From the NCBI GenBank assembly GCA_035530095.1, contig DATKVK010000062.1, positions 671 to 64,670 of the forward strand: DNA of 64,000 bases, in the 5' to 3' direction. This document shows, piece by piece, positions 29,406 through 38,711 of the stretch (position 1 is the first letter of the stretch; every line of letters starts with the position of its first letter). The notes below the pieces were generated by a model, which saw nothing but the letters and a program-made list of their open reading frames with translations, was not told the origin of the DNA and did no database searches. A program made the position numbers and the translations under genes. This DNA comes from Rectinemataceae bacterium. GTDB taxonomy: Bacteria > Spirochaetota > Spirochaetia > Treponematales > Rectinemataceae.

Positions 29406-30389
29406 ATGAAAACCGAAGCGATCTTCTACCTTGGCGAGAGACACATCGAACTCCGGGAGGTTGATCTGCCGGAACCCGAGGCCCACGAACTGCTCATCGA
29501 GATGGAGCTTTGCGGGATCTGCGGCTGGGATCTCCTCGCCTATTCGGGACGCTTCTCGAAATTCCATCCCTATCCCTTCAGGGCCGGCCATGAAGGTGTG
29601 GGACGCATCGTCAAAGCCGGCAGCCTGGCGCGCGGCCTCGACCTGGGCCGGCGGGTCGTCTGCCACGAGCTCCCCATAGGCGAGCGCGGGGGCGGGCTCA
29701 TGGCGCGCCACGCGCTGCGGCCTTGGAACAAGGTGACCCTCATTCCCGAGGCTTCCGGCATAGAGCTGCGGCACTGGGTGGTCGAGCCGGTCGCCTGCGT
29801 CATCAACGGGCTCATGTACTCGGAGATCCGGCCGGGCGATTCGGTCGCGCTCGTGGGAGCCGGCTACATGGGCCTGCTCATGCTCCAGGGTCTGCGAAGG
29901 ACGATGGCCGGGAAGGTAAGCGTTTTCGAGCCCGAGAGTTCGCGGCTCGAGCTGGCGCGGCGCTTCGGCGAGGGCATGGGCGGCTGGGACTACGTCGAGG
30001 TCGGCCCGGGCTCCCCGGAAGGGGAGCGCCGCTCGCTCTACGATATCGTCATCGAGACGGCCGGCACGCGGTCTTCGCTCGAGCTGGCCTTCGCCCTCGC
30101 GAAGCCCTACGCGGTCATCGAGAACTTCGCGTGGCACCACCATGCCTACGAGTTCGACCTCGACGAATGGCACACGAAGGGCTGGCGCATCCTCAACATC
30201 CAGCCGCAGATGAACGACGCCTTCGACGCCGTCTTCCCCCGCGCCGTCGCCCTCATGGCCGCCGGGGCCTTCACGAACAAGGGCCTCGTCACCCACCAGG
30301 CCTCCCCCGAGAACGCGGAAGCGGCCTATGCCGCCGGCTTGGACAAGAGGGAGGGCTACGTCAAGGGTGTCATCGACTTCACGAAGTAG
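29406..30389 (+). CDS. Zinc-dependent polyol/alcohol dehydrogenase (MDR family)
   Basis: GroES-like N-terminus with Zn ligands (CGICGWDL...GHEGVG) and a Rossmann motif GAGYMG. Confidence 0.85.
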   Translation: MKTEAIFYLGERHIELREVDLPEPEAHELLIEMELCGICGWDLLAYSGRFSKFHPYPFRAGHEGVGRIVKAGSLARGLDLGRRVVCHELPIGERGGGLMARHALRPWNKVTLIPEASGIELRHWVVEPVACVINGLMYSEIRPGDSVALVGAGYMGLLMLQGLRRTMAGKVSVFEPESSRLELARRFGEGMGGWDYVEVGPGSPEGERRSLYDIVIETAGTRSSLELAFALAKPYAVIENFAWHHHAYEFDLDEWHTKGWRILNIQPQMNDAFDAVFPRAVALMAAGAFTNKGLVTHQASPENAEAAYAAGLDKREGYVKGVIDFTK

Positions 30390-30445
30390 AAAATCCGGCC
30401 GATCGAGCTCGATCGAGCTTCGCCAAGAGAAAGGACAGCGGCGGT

Positions 30446-31606
30446 ATGAGAGACAAGCGGCGAGAGGGAAACCTCAGATATTGCATGGTCGGCGGCGGCC
30501 CCGGCGCCTTCATCGGCGAGGTCCATCGCAAGGCGATAGCGCTCGATTCCTCGGCCGAACTCGTGGCCGGCGCATTTTCGACCGACCCCGGGAAGAGCGC
30601 GCTGACAGGCCGGGAACTCGGCCTCGATCCGGCGCGGGTGTACCCGGACTTCGAGGAGATGGCGCGCTCGGAAGCCGGACGCCCCGACGGCGCGGACTTC
30701 GTCGTGGTCGCGACTCCCAACGACAGCCACTTCGCCGCCGCCTCCGCCTTCCTGCGCTCCGGAATACATGTGGCCTGCGACAAGCCGCTGGGACTGAACG
30801 TCGCCGAAGGAGAGAAGCTCGCCGCCCTCGCGGCCGAGCGGAATCTGCTCTTCTGCGTCACCTACGCCTACACGGGCTACGCGGCCGTCAAGCAGGCCCG
30901 CTCGATGCTCGCCTCCGGCGCGATAGGCGATATCAGATTCGTCAACGCCGAATATCCCCAGGAGTTCTTCGCCCGGCCGGTCGAGCGCGAGGGGAACAAG
31001 CAGGCGGCCTGGCGTTTCGACCCGGCCAAGTCCGGGCCCGTCGGAAGCCTCGGGGACATCGGAACCCATGTCGAGAACCTGGTTTCGTACATGACCGGCC
31101 TCCGCCTCAAGCGCGTATGCGCCAGGCTCGACAAGTTCGTGGCGGGCCGCGCGCTCGACGACAACGACACCGTCATGACCGAGTACGAGGGCGGGGCCAC
31201 GGGCCTGTATTGGGCCTGCCAGGCCGCCTTCGGCCATGAGAACGGCCTGCGCATCCGGGTGTACGGCACCGAAGGCGGCCTGTCGTGGTGCCAGGAGGAT
31301 CCGGATCACTTCACGCTGGCCCGAGCCGGGGCCCCCATCGAGCGCTGGGGCCGCGGGCGCGAAAGCTTCGTCCCCGGGGCTCAGGCCTATTCCCGCGTGC
31401 CCGCCGGCCATCCCGAGGGCTACTTCGAGGGCTTCGCGAACGTGTACCGGGCCTTCACCGCGACTCTGCGCGCGCGGATCGAGGGCCGCTCGCCCGACGC
31501 GGCCGCCCTCGACTTCCCCGGCGTGGAGGCGGGCGTTTCGGGCCTGCGCTTCGTGGCCGCCTGCGTCGAAAGCTCGCGCTCGGGTTCGGAATGGGTGGAG
31601 CTGTGA
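30446..31606 (+). CDS. Gfo/Idh/MocA-family oxidoreductase
   Basis: N-terminal MVGGGPGAFIGEVHR Rossmann motif and a C-terminal alpha/beta dimerisation domain typical of the family. Confidence 0.85.
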   Translation: MRDKRREGNLRYCMVGGGPGAFIGEVHRKAIALDSSAELVAGAFSTDPGKSALTGRELGLDPARVYPDFEEMARSEAGRPDGADFVVVATPNDSHFAAASAFLRSGIHVACDKPLGLNVAEGEKLAALAAERNLLFCVTYAYTGYAAVKQARSMLASGAIGDIRFVNAEYPQEFFARPVEREGNKQAAWRFDPAKSGPVGSLGDIGTHVENLVSYMTGLRLKRVCARLDKFVAGRALDDNDTVMTEYEGGATGLYWACQAAFGHENGLRIRVYGTEGGLSWCQEDPDHFTLARAGAPIERWGRGRESFVPGAQAYSRVPAGHPEGYFEGFANVYRAFTATLRARIEGRSPDAAALDFPGVEAGVSGLRFVAACVESSRSGSEWVEL

Positions 31607-31646
31607 GGCCGGCCCGCGCGAACGGCGGCGGGCGAGGAGGAGCATC

Positions 31647-32639
31647 GTGAGCCGACCCGTCACCATCATGTCGGGGCAGTGGACCGACCTGAGCTTCGAG
31701 AGCTTCTGCGAGAAGGCCGGGGCGATGGGCTACGACGGAGTCGAGATCGCCTGCAACGGCGGCCATCTCGACGTCCGCAAGGCGGTCGAGGATGCGAAGT
31801 ACGTCGAATCGAGGAAGGCCGCGCTCGGCCGGAACGGCCTGGGCGTCTGGGCGCTCTCCGCGCATCTCGCCGGCCAATGCGTCGGGGATCCCTGGGATCC
31901 GCGGCTCGACGGCTTCGCGCCGGCCACCGTCAAGGGTCGGCCCGAGGCCATCGTCGCCTGGGCGATCGAGGAGATGAAGTACGCCGCCCGGGCCGCCCGG
32001 GCCATGGGCTGCTCCATCGTCACCTGCTTCATGGGCTCGCCCATCTGGCGCTACTGGTATTCCTTCCCCCAGACCACCGAGGCGATGATCGACGCCGCCT
32101 ACGAGCGGATCGTCGAGCTGTGGAGTCCCATCTTCGACGTCTTCGACGAGTGCGGCGTGCGCTTCGCCCTGGAGGTGCATCCCACCGAGATAGCCTTCGA
32201 CTACTACACCGCGAAGCGGCTCCTCGAATCCTTCGACGGGCGGAGAACCCTCGGATTCAACTTCGACCCTTCCCACCTGCTCTGGCAGGGCGTGAAGCCG
32301 GAACTTTTCATCCGCGATTTCGCCGACCGCATCTACCACGTGCACATGAAGGACGTCGCGCTGCGGCTCGACGGCCGTGCGGGCATCCTGGGTTCCCATC
32401 TGCCCTTCGGCGACCTGCGGCGCGGCTGGAACTTCCGCTCGCTCGGGCACGGCGACGTCGACTTCGACGCGATCGTCCGCGAGCTCAACGCCGCGAGCTA
32501 TGCGGGGCCGCTCTCTGTGGAATGGGAGGACTCGGGGATGGAGCGCGAGTTCGGGGCGAAGGAGTCGCTCCAGTTCGTGAGGCGTTTCGATTTCGGATCT
32601 TCGGACATAGCTTTCGACGGAGCGATGAAGCATGAGTGA
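31647..32639 (+). CDS. Sugar phosphate isomerase/epimerase (xylose-isomerase-like TIM barrel)
   Basis: GAGGAGG SD then GTG at 31647. AP-endonuclease-2/xylose-isomerase-like barrel motifs (GYDGVEI, ALEVHP, HVHMKD). Confidence 0.85.
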   Translation: MSRPVTIMSGQWTDLSFESFCEKAGAMGYDGVEIACNGGHLDVRKAVEDAKYVESRKAALGRNGLGVWALSAHLAGQCVGDPWDPRLDGFAPATVKGRPEAIVAWAIEEMKYAARAARAMGCSIVTCFMGSPIWRYWYSFPQTTEAMIDAAYERIVELWSPIFDVFDECGVRFALEVHPTEIAFDYYTAKRLLESFDGRRTLGFNFDPSHLLWQGVKPELFIRDFADRIYHVHMKDVALRLDGRAGILGSHLPFGDLRRGWNFRSLGHGDVDFDAIVRELNAASYAGPLSVEWEDSGMEREFGAKESLQFVRRFDFGSSDIAFDGAMKHE

Positions 32640-34140
32640 AACCCTCTTGGAGACCCGGAACATCTCGAAGGATTTCTCGTCGGTCTATGTGCTGAACGAC
32701 ATCAACATCCAGGTGATCCGAGGGGAGATCCTCGGCATAATCGGCGAGAACGGTGCCGGCAAATCGACGCTGATGAAGATACTCGGCGGCATCCATACAC
32801 CGACCTCGGGCGACATAGTTTTCGAGGGGAGGACCGTCCATATCCACGAGCCGCTCGACGCAAAGCGGCTGGGCATCGGTCTCATTCCCCAAGAGTTCAA
32901 TCTGATCCGCGAACTGACCGTCTACGACAACGTCTTCCTCGGTTCCGAGCTCCGTCAGAAGAACGGGCTTCTCGACAAGAAAGCCATGATGGCCAGGACG
33001 CGCGAGCTGCTGTCCGAGCTCAGTGTCGATATCAGACCCGAGGAACGAATAGAGAATCTGAGCACCGCGCAAAAGCAGATGGTGGAAATCTGCAAGGCCG
33101 TCTCGATCGACGCGAAACTCCTCATCATGGACGAGCCGACGACGGTGCTGACGCAGCACGAAATCGACATTCTCTTCAGGCTCATGCGACGCCTGCGCGA
33201 TCAGGGCACGACGATCATCTATATCTCCCACAAATTGAAGGAGGTTAAGGCGATCTGCGATCGCGTCATCATCCTGCGGGACGGCGCGGTCATATCGACG
33301 GAAAGGATCGAGAACCTCTCGATCGTGGAGATGGCGCAGCGAATGGTCGGTCGCGCGTTGAACCAAGTGTTTCCGGAGAAAGGCGCGCCTACGCAGGATG
33401 TGGTCCTGGAGGTGCAGGATCTGACCGTTCCCGGCGTCATCGAGAATATCAGCTTCAAGCTTCATCGCGGAGAGATACTCGGGCTTGCCGGCCTGGTCGG
33501 GGCGGGGCGCACCGAAGTCGCCGAGACTATCCTCGGCGTGCGCAAGGCCGAAAAGGGGCATGTCCTGATAAACGGGAAGGCGGTCGACGTCTCCCGGCCC
33601 GCCGATGCGGTCGCGAATGGCATCAGCTATCTCTCGGAGGATCGCCAGGGAAGCGGCATTCTCACCAATTTTTCCGTCATCAAGAATATAAGCCTGGTAT
33701 CGCTTGCGTCTTACTGTAGATCTGTCCTGAAGCTTATTCTGCGGCAAAAGGAACGCGATGCGGCGGAGGTCCATATACGGCGGTTCAATATCAAGGCGCA
33801 GAGTCTGGATACGCGGCTCGAGTTCCTAAGCGGCGGGAACCAGCAAAAGGTTTCGCTCGCCAAGAGCATCGATACGAAGCCGACCGTCCTTATCGCCGAT
33901 GAGCCGACGCGAGGCGTCGATGTGTCGGCCAAGCAGGAAATATACCGGCTCATCAACAGCCTCGCGTCGGAAGGCCTGGCCTGCATTTTCATTTCGTCGG
34001 AGCAGGAAGAGATCATCGGGATGTGCCATCGGGTCATCGTCATGAAACAGGGACGAGTGATGGGGAGCCTCGAGAGCGAGAGCATCACCGAAGAGGAAAT
34101 CATGTATCTTGCTACCGGAATCAGGGAAGGAGTGGCGTGA
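32632..34140 (+). CDS. Sugar ABC transporter ATP-binding protein (RbsA-like, duplicated ATPase)
   Basis: GENGAGKST, LSTAQKQM, LSGGNQQK and two Walker B motifs. Codon usage is clearly more AT-rich than in flanking genes. Confidence 0.92.
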   Translation: MSETLLETRNISKDFSSVYVLNDINIQVIRGEILGIIGENGAGKSTLMKILGGIHTPTSGDIVFEGRTVHIHEPLDAKRLGIGLIPQEFNLIRELTVYDNVFLGSELRQKNGLLDKKAMMARTRELLSELSVDIRPEERIENLSTAQKQMVEICKAVSIDAKLLIMDEPTTVLTQHEIDILFRLMRRLRDQGTTIIYISHKLKEVKAICDRVIILRDGAVISTERIENLSIVEMAQRMVGRALNQVFPEKGAPTQDVVLEVQDLTVPGVIENISFKLHRGEILGLAGLVGAGRTEVAETILGVRKAEKGHVLINGKAVDVSRPADAVANGISYLSEDRQGSGILTNFSVIKNISLVSLASYCRSVLKLILRQKERDAAEVHIRRFNIKAQSLDTRLEFLSGGNQQKVSLAKSIDTKPTVLIADEPTRGVDVSAKQEIYRLINSLASEGLACIFISSEQEEIIGMCHRVIVMKQGRVMGSLESESITEEEIMYLATGIREGVA

Positions 34141-35114
34141 TGGCGGCTTCCACTATTGCACATGCCTTGAAGCGTTTTGAATACCAGAAGTACGCGTCAT
34201 TCATAGCGCTGGTGGTCCTGTTCGTTCTCTCGGCTTTCCTCAGCCCCTTTTTCATAAAGCCGGCCAACCTGGTGAACATCCTGAGCCAAGTCTCGTACAC
34301 GGGGATCATTTCGCTGGGCATGGCCTTCGTCATCATCACCGGCGGGATCGATCTCTCGGTCGGTTCGCTGGTGGCATTCGATTCGCTGCTCGGCGTCATG
34401 TTCATGAATTTCATCATGGGATCGATCCATAACGAGCTCGTAGCGGTAGTCCTGGGAATTCTCGCCGCGCTGACGGTGGGAGCGGCGACCGGTCTGCTCA
34501 ATGGGATAACGATAACTCGGGGAAGGCTTGCGCCTTTTATCGTTACCCTCGGCACCATGGCGGTCTTTCGCTCGCTTGCGCTTTTCATCGGGAATGCGGG
34601 GGAAATCCAGTCGCAGAGCAATATCTACGGGGCGTTCGGGCTTGTCAACGTATTGTTCCTTCCCATTCCCGTATGGATCATGCTGGTTCTCGCCCTGGTA
34701 CTGGATATCGTGCTCAATCGAACTCGATATGGCCGCTATCTCTGCGCCGTGGGCTCGAACACCCGAGTGGCGATCTTCTCCGCCATCAATGTCGACCGCG
34801 TGAAGGCGATCGCCTATACGATCACCGGCGTGCTCGTCGCCATTTCTTCGGTACTGCTCTCGTCGCGCTTCAACGCGGTGAGCACCTCCAACACCGGCAT
34901 GGGATACGAACTCGACGCGATAGCCGCTGTCATCGTGGGCGGAACCCCCATGACAGGAGGCCGAGGAACCGTGTGGGGTACGATCATCGGTGCGATCATA
35001 CTCGGCATCATCAACAACATGCTGAATATGCTCGGCGTTTCGGCCTATCTCCAGGGAACGGTGAAGGGGCTCGTGATCATAGGGGCGGTCTATATTCAGC
35101 GGCAGAGAGCCTGA
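34140..35114 (+). CDS. Sugar ABC transporter permease (RbsC-like)
   Basis: ATG overlaps the ATPase stop. 8-10 TM segments and the CAVGSNTRVAIFSAINV motif of CUT2 permeases. Confidence 0.9.
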   Translation: MAASTIAHALKRFEYQKYASFIALVVLFVLSAFLSPFFIKPANLVNILSQVSYTGIISLGMAFVIITGGIDLSVGSLVAFDSLLGVMFMNFIMGSIHNELVAVVLGILAALTVGAATGLLNGITITRGRLAPFIVTLGTMAVFRSLALFIGNAGEIQSQSNIYGAFGLVNVLFLPIPVWIMLVLALVLDIVLNRTRYGRYLCAVGSNTRVAIFSAINVDRVKAIAYTITGVLVAISSVLLSSRFNAVSTSNTGMGYELDAIAAVIVGGTPMTGGRGTVWGTIIGAIILGIINNMLNMLGVSAYLQGTVKGLVIIGAVYIQRQRA

Positions 35115-35271
35115 CGATGCGGCTCTCCGTCGACGGAAGCTCGGCAGGCCGGAATCCGGTCGGCCCGGGGAAAGGAGGAGGCGCAGCGACCGGGGGGAAG
35201 GGGTCTATTGTTCATCGCTTCGGCTCTGACCGATTCGCATGAATCGGTAGAACTTGTCAGGAGGAAGAGGC

Positions 35272-36246
35272 ATGAAGAAGACGTTGAGTGTCTTTATTAC
35301 CGCGCTGGTATTTGCCGCGATATTCGTAGTGCAGACTACGGGGCAGACCGCGCAGCAGCCGGTCCGTATCGGATATACAATGCCGACGGCGGATCATGGA
35401 TACATCGCGCGAGCGATATTCTGGGCGAAGAAGGCCATGGCGGATTGGCGCGCCAAGGACCCGAACGTCACGTTCTATTTCGTCACGGCGGACACGGTGA
35501 CCAAGCAGGCCAATGACATCCAGGACATGATGATCAAGGGCCTCGACGGACTCGTCGTGTTCCCGATCGACGCCTCCATCACGTCCCAGGTCGAAAAGGC
35601 GCATAATGCCGGCATCTATACCGTCGTCATGGATCGCGGAACGACCAAGCCGGTCTACGACTGCTATCTGCACAACAACGACCTCGCGTACGCGACGCTC
35701 TCTTCGGAAACCCTGGCCAAGCAACTGAACTATAAAGGGAATGTCGTCATCATCGAAGGTATCCCGTGTCCGATAAACACCATTCGCGTCGATGCCGACA
35801 AGGCCGTCTTCAAGAAATACGGCATGAAGGTACTCGATTCGCAGCCGGGAAACTGGAACCAGCAGAAGGCTCACGATGTCATGCAGAACTACCTGCAGAA
35901 ATACCGGCAGATCGACGGCGTCATCACCAATGACGACGACATGATGATCGGCGCGCGACTCGCCGTAAAGGAAGCCGGCCGCACGGATATCAAGGCCTGG
36001 ATCGGCGGCGGCGCCGACAAGCGCATCCTGAAGATAATCCTCGACGGAAGCGACCCGACCGTGACCGCCGACGTGACCTATCCGCCCGATCAGTGCGCGG
36101 ACACGGTCACGGTCGCCGTTCTCGGCGCGCGGCATCAGTCGTTCCAGGGATTCTATCAGAAGAAGCCCCCGCTCGAAATCGTCCTCGCGGCGGAACTGGT
36201 CACAAAGGAAAATGCGGCGAACTATATCGATCCGGATGAGCCATGA
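35272..36246 (+). CDS. Sugar ABC transporter substrate-binding protein (PBP1, RbsB-like)
   Basis: GGAGGAAGAGG SD, signal peptide MKKTLSVFITALVFAAIFVV, type-1 binding-protein fold. Confidence 0.85.
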   Translation: MKKTLSVFITALVFAAIFVVQTTGQTAQQPVRIGYTMPTADHGYIARAIFWAKKAMADWRAKDPNVTFYFVTADTVTKQANDIQDMMIKGLDGLVVFPIDASITSQVEKAHNAGIYTVVMDRGTTKPVYDCYLHNNDLAYATLSSETLAKQLNYKGNVVIIEGIPCPINTIRVDADKAVFKKYGMKVLDSQPGNWNQQKAHDVMQNYLQKYRQIDGVITNDDDMMIGARLAVKEAGRTDIKAWIGGGADKRILKIILDGSDPTVTADVTYPPDQCADTVTVAVLGARHQSFQGFYQKKPPLEIVLAAELVTKENAANYIDPDEP

Positions 36247-36450
36247 GCGCATTCTTCCCTCCGCAGTCTGACTAGCTAGGAAAAGACTGACGCAGTCGGC
36301 CGCGGGGGAGGAACGAAGCCCGTCCTCGAGAGGGGGCGGGCTTCCTGCCTGCGCGCTGTCAGAGACAGAATGCCCGAGCCCTGCCGCGCCCCCGGCCACG
36401 CGGGGCATGCTGCCCTGGGTCGGCATTGACGGTTCCCCATGGAGGATGCA

Positions 36451-37539
36451 ATGGGCTTGAAGATCGGAATCGTCGGGGCCGGAGGCATGGCCCGCTACCA
36501 TGTCGCCGGGTTCCGCGCGGCGGGGGCGGAGGTCGTCGCCTTCGCCGATCCCAGCGCCGAGGCGCGTTCGCGCGGCGCCGCCGGCTTCGGCGTCGACAAG
36601 ACCTACGCCGGTCTGCCCGAGATGCTCGCGGCGCACCGGGACCTCGACGCCGTTTCCATCATCACGCCCAATAAGTTCCACGCGCCTTTGGCCATAGCGG
36701 CGCTCGAGGCGGGCAAGCACGTCTTCTGCGAAAAGCCGCCCGCCCTCAACGCGGCGGAGACGGCGGCCATGGCCGCGGCCGCGAGCAAGGCGGGGAAGCG
36801 GCTCCAGTTCGATTTCAACAACCGCGCGAGGTCCGAGTCCTATGCCCTCATGGAGTATGTGAAGGCCGGGGAGGTGGGGCGCGTCAACTCGGCCCAGGCG
36901 ATATGGGCGCGGCGCGCCGGCATTCCCGGATTCGGCGGCTGGTTCACGACCAAGGCCCTTTCCGGCGGCGGCCCGGTCATCGACCTGCTTCACATGCTCG
37001 ACCTCGCCCTCTATTTCATGGGCTTCCCCGATCCGGCCTACGTGCTGGCGAGCGCCTTCCGCGATTTCATCTCCGAGAAGCCCTTTAAAGGTCCCTGGGG
37101 CATTCCCGACGTCATCGGCGGCGTTACCGATGTGGAAGCGGCTTGCCATGGTTTCGTGAGCTTCGCCGGGGGTCAGGTCCTCTATCTCCGCAGCTCGTGG
37201 GCCGAGATGACCGAGCGGGAGCTGGTGGCGATGAGCTTCCAGGGGAGCAAGGCGGGCGGCCTGATCGAGAGAACCTTCGCCCGCGACGGACTCGACGACA
37301 CGAGCCTCGACCGTTGCGAACTCTACACCGTCGAGCATGGGCGCCAAGTCAACAGGCATATCGGCATCCCGGTGGATGAGAGCATGGGCCGGCTCCGTTC
37401 CGCAGAGAACTTCGTGCTTTCGCTAGAGGGCAAGGAAGCGCCGCTCAACACTCCCGACCAGGCGCTGAAGCTCATGCGGATCGTCGATGCGATCTATGAT
37501 TCATCGTCCAGGGGAGAACCGGTCAGGCTGTCGTCCTGA
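36451..37539 (+). CDS. Gfo/Idh/MocA-family oxidoreductase
   Basis: GGAGG at 36441-36445, then an ATG. IGIVGAGGMARYH Rossmann motif and EKPPA catalytic-region motif. Confidence 0.85.
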   Translation: MGLKIGIVGAGGMARYHVAGFRAAGAEVVAFADPSAEARSRGAAGFGVDKTYAGLPEMLAAHRDLDAVSIITPNKFHAPLAIAALEAGKHVFCEKPPALNAAETAAMAAAASKAGKRLQFDFNNRARSESYALMEYVKAGEVGRVNSAQAIWARRAGIPGFGGWFTTKALSGGGPVIDLLHMLDLALYFMGFPDPAYVLASAFRDFISEKPFKGPWGIPDVIGGVTDVEAACHGFVSFAGGQVLYLRSSWAEMTERELVAMSFQGSKAGGLIERTFARDGLDDTSLDRCELYTVEHGRQVNRHIGIPVDESMGRLRSAENFVLSLEGKEAPLNTPDQALKLMRIVDAIYDSSSRGEPVRLSS

Positions 37540-37580
37540 TGCTTCCCGCGCGGCTCGCCCTCGACAGGCCGCGCGACGCG

Positions 37581-38711
37581 CTATCCTCGGCCCCGCGCTT
37601 CGAGTTCGCGCAGGAGGGCCGTGAGCCAGGATCGATTGTCGGCGCTCGTGTAGCTCATCCGTCCGCCCATGCGGCTGAAAGTCTTGCAGAACCTGAGGTA
37701 ATAGGCCGGATCGTCCTTCGGCGGCTCTCCGTCCCGCGTCCAGTCCCAGGCCGATTTCGCCAGGTCGACGACATGGATCGAGAAGTCTTCGATCGACTCG
37801 CCTCGCCCCAGCGCGACGTTGCGCGCCATCGACAGGGCCTTCTCGAAGATCATGGGCGACATGACTGCCGAGCCGACGGAAAGGTAGACGCCTCCCTCCA
37901 GCCTGGATATCGAATCGACGAAGGCGAGGAAGTCGCGCTCCGCGGTCCGGCCTATCGGCGCGCCTCGATTCAGGGGATGGGTGTAGATGATGTCGTGGCC
38001 GAACATGGGGTGGGCGGTGAAGGGCTTCCCCGCGCGATAGGCCGCGGCCGCGAGGCTGTACTCCCGGTAAGGGTGCTCCACCGTGAGCCGCCCCCGCCCG
38101 GCCGGGAAGCGGCCGAGGATCGCGCGGAGGTCGGCCGCGGCGGCGGCCCGCTCCAGCTCGGACTCGTCCGCCCCCGCCGCTCCGCCGCGCAGGATGGCCG
38201 CGACGAGCTCCTCCTCGCCGGGGAGGTCGAGGCCGTCCTCGGCTATCATGGCCCCCACCGACTCGCCGTAGCCGAGGCCGCGGTAGGCGCCCACAGCCAG
38301 GGCCAGATTGAGGTAGCGCCCGGTCTCCTCCCAGATGCCGAACTGCCCCTCGGCTACGTAGCGCCTGACGTCTTCGCCCGAGGCGCCCTGGTAGGCGAAC
38401 TCCCAGTCGTGGATGACTCCGGCGCCGTTCGTCGCGAAATGCCCCACCCAGCCGCCGTCCATGAGTCGCCTCATGACGCGGCCCAGGCCGTTCTTGATCG
38501 AATGGGCGCCGAAGGCGAGCACTACCGGGGCCTGCCGCTCGCGTGCCGCCAGGATCTCGCCGGCGGCGCGCTCGGCGTCGGCCCGGGCCTCCTTCGAGAG
38601 GCGAGGCTCGAAGGATTCGGGATCGACGGCGTCCGCCGCGGCGTCGAGCTTGTTCTTCCGCTCGGCCAGGGGGCGCGTCCTGAGGGCGGTCCGGTCGAAG
38701 AGTCGGTTCAT
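37581..38711 (-). CDS. Uncharacterised protein with deoxyhypusine-synthase-like (DHS-like NAD-binding) features
   Basis: Coding by GC3. ATGA start/stop overlap with the upstream kinase gene. The segment VVLAFGAHSIKNGLGRVMRRLMDGGWVGHFATNGAGVIHDWE resembles, by eye, the DHS core (IFLGYTSNLISSG..R.L....VDVLVTTAGGVEEDL, recalled from memory). Function unknown. Confidence 0.55.
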   Translation of the reverse strand: MNRLFDRTALRTRPLAERKNKLDAAADAVDPESFEPRLSKEARADAERAAGEILAARERQAPVVLAFGAHSIKNGLGRVMRRLMDGGWVGHFATNGAGVIHDWEFAYQGASGEDVRRYVAEGQFGIWEETGRYLNLALAVGAYRGLGYGESVGAMIAEDGLDLPGEEELVAAILRGGAAGADESELERAAAAADLRAILGRFPAGRGRLTVEHPYREYSLAAAAYRAGKPFTAHPMFGHDIIYTHPLNRGAPIGRTAERDFLAFVDSISRLEGGVYLSVGSAVMSPMIFEKALSMARNVALGRGESIEDFSIHVVDLAKSAWDWTRDGEPPKDDPAYYLRFCKTFSRMGGRMSYTSADNRSWLTALLRELEARGRG

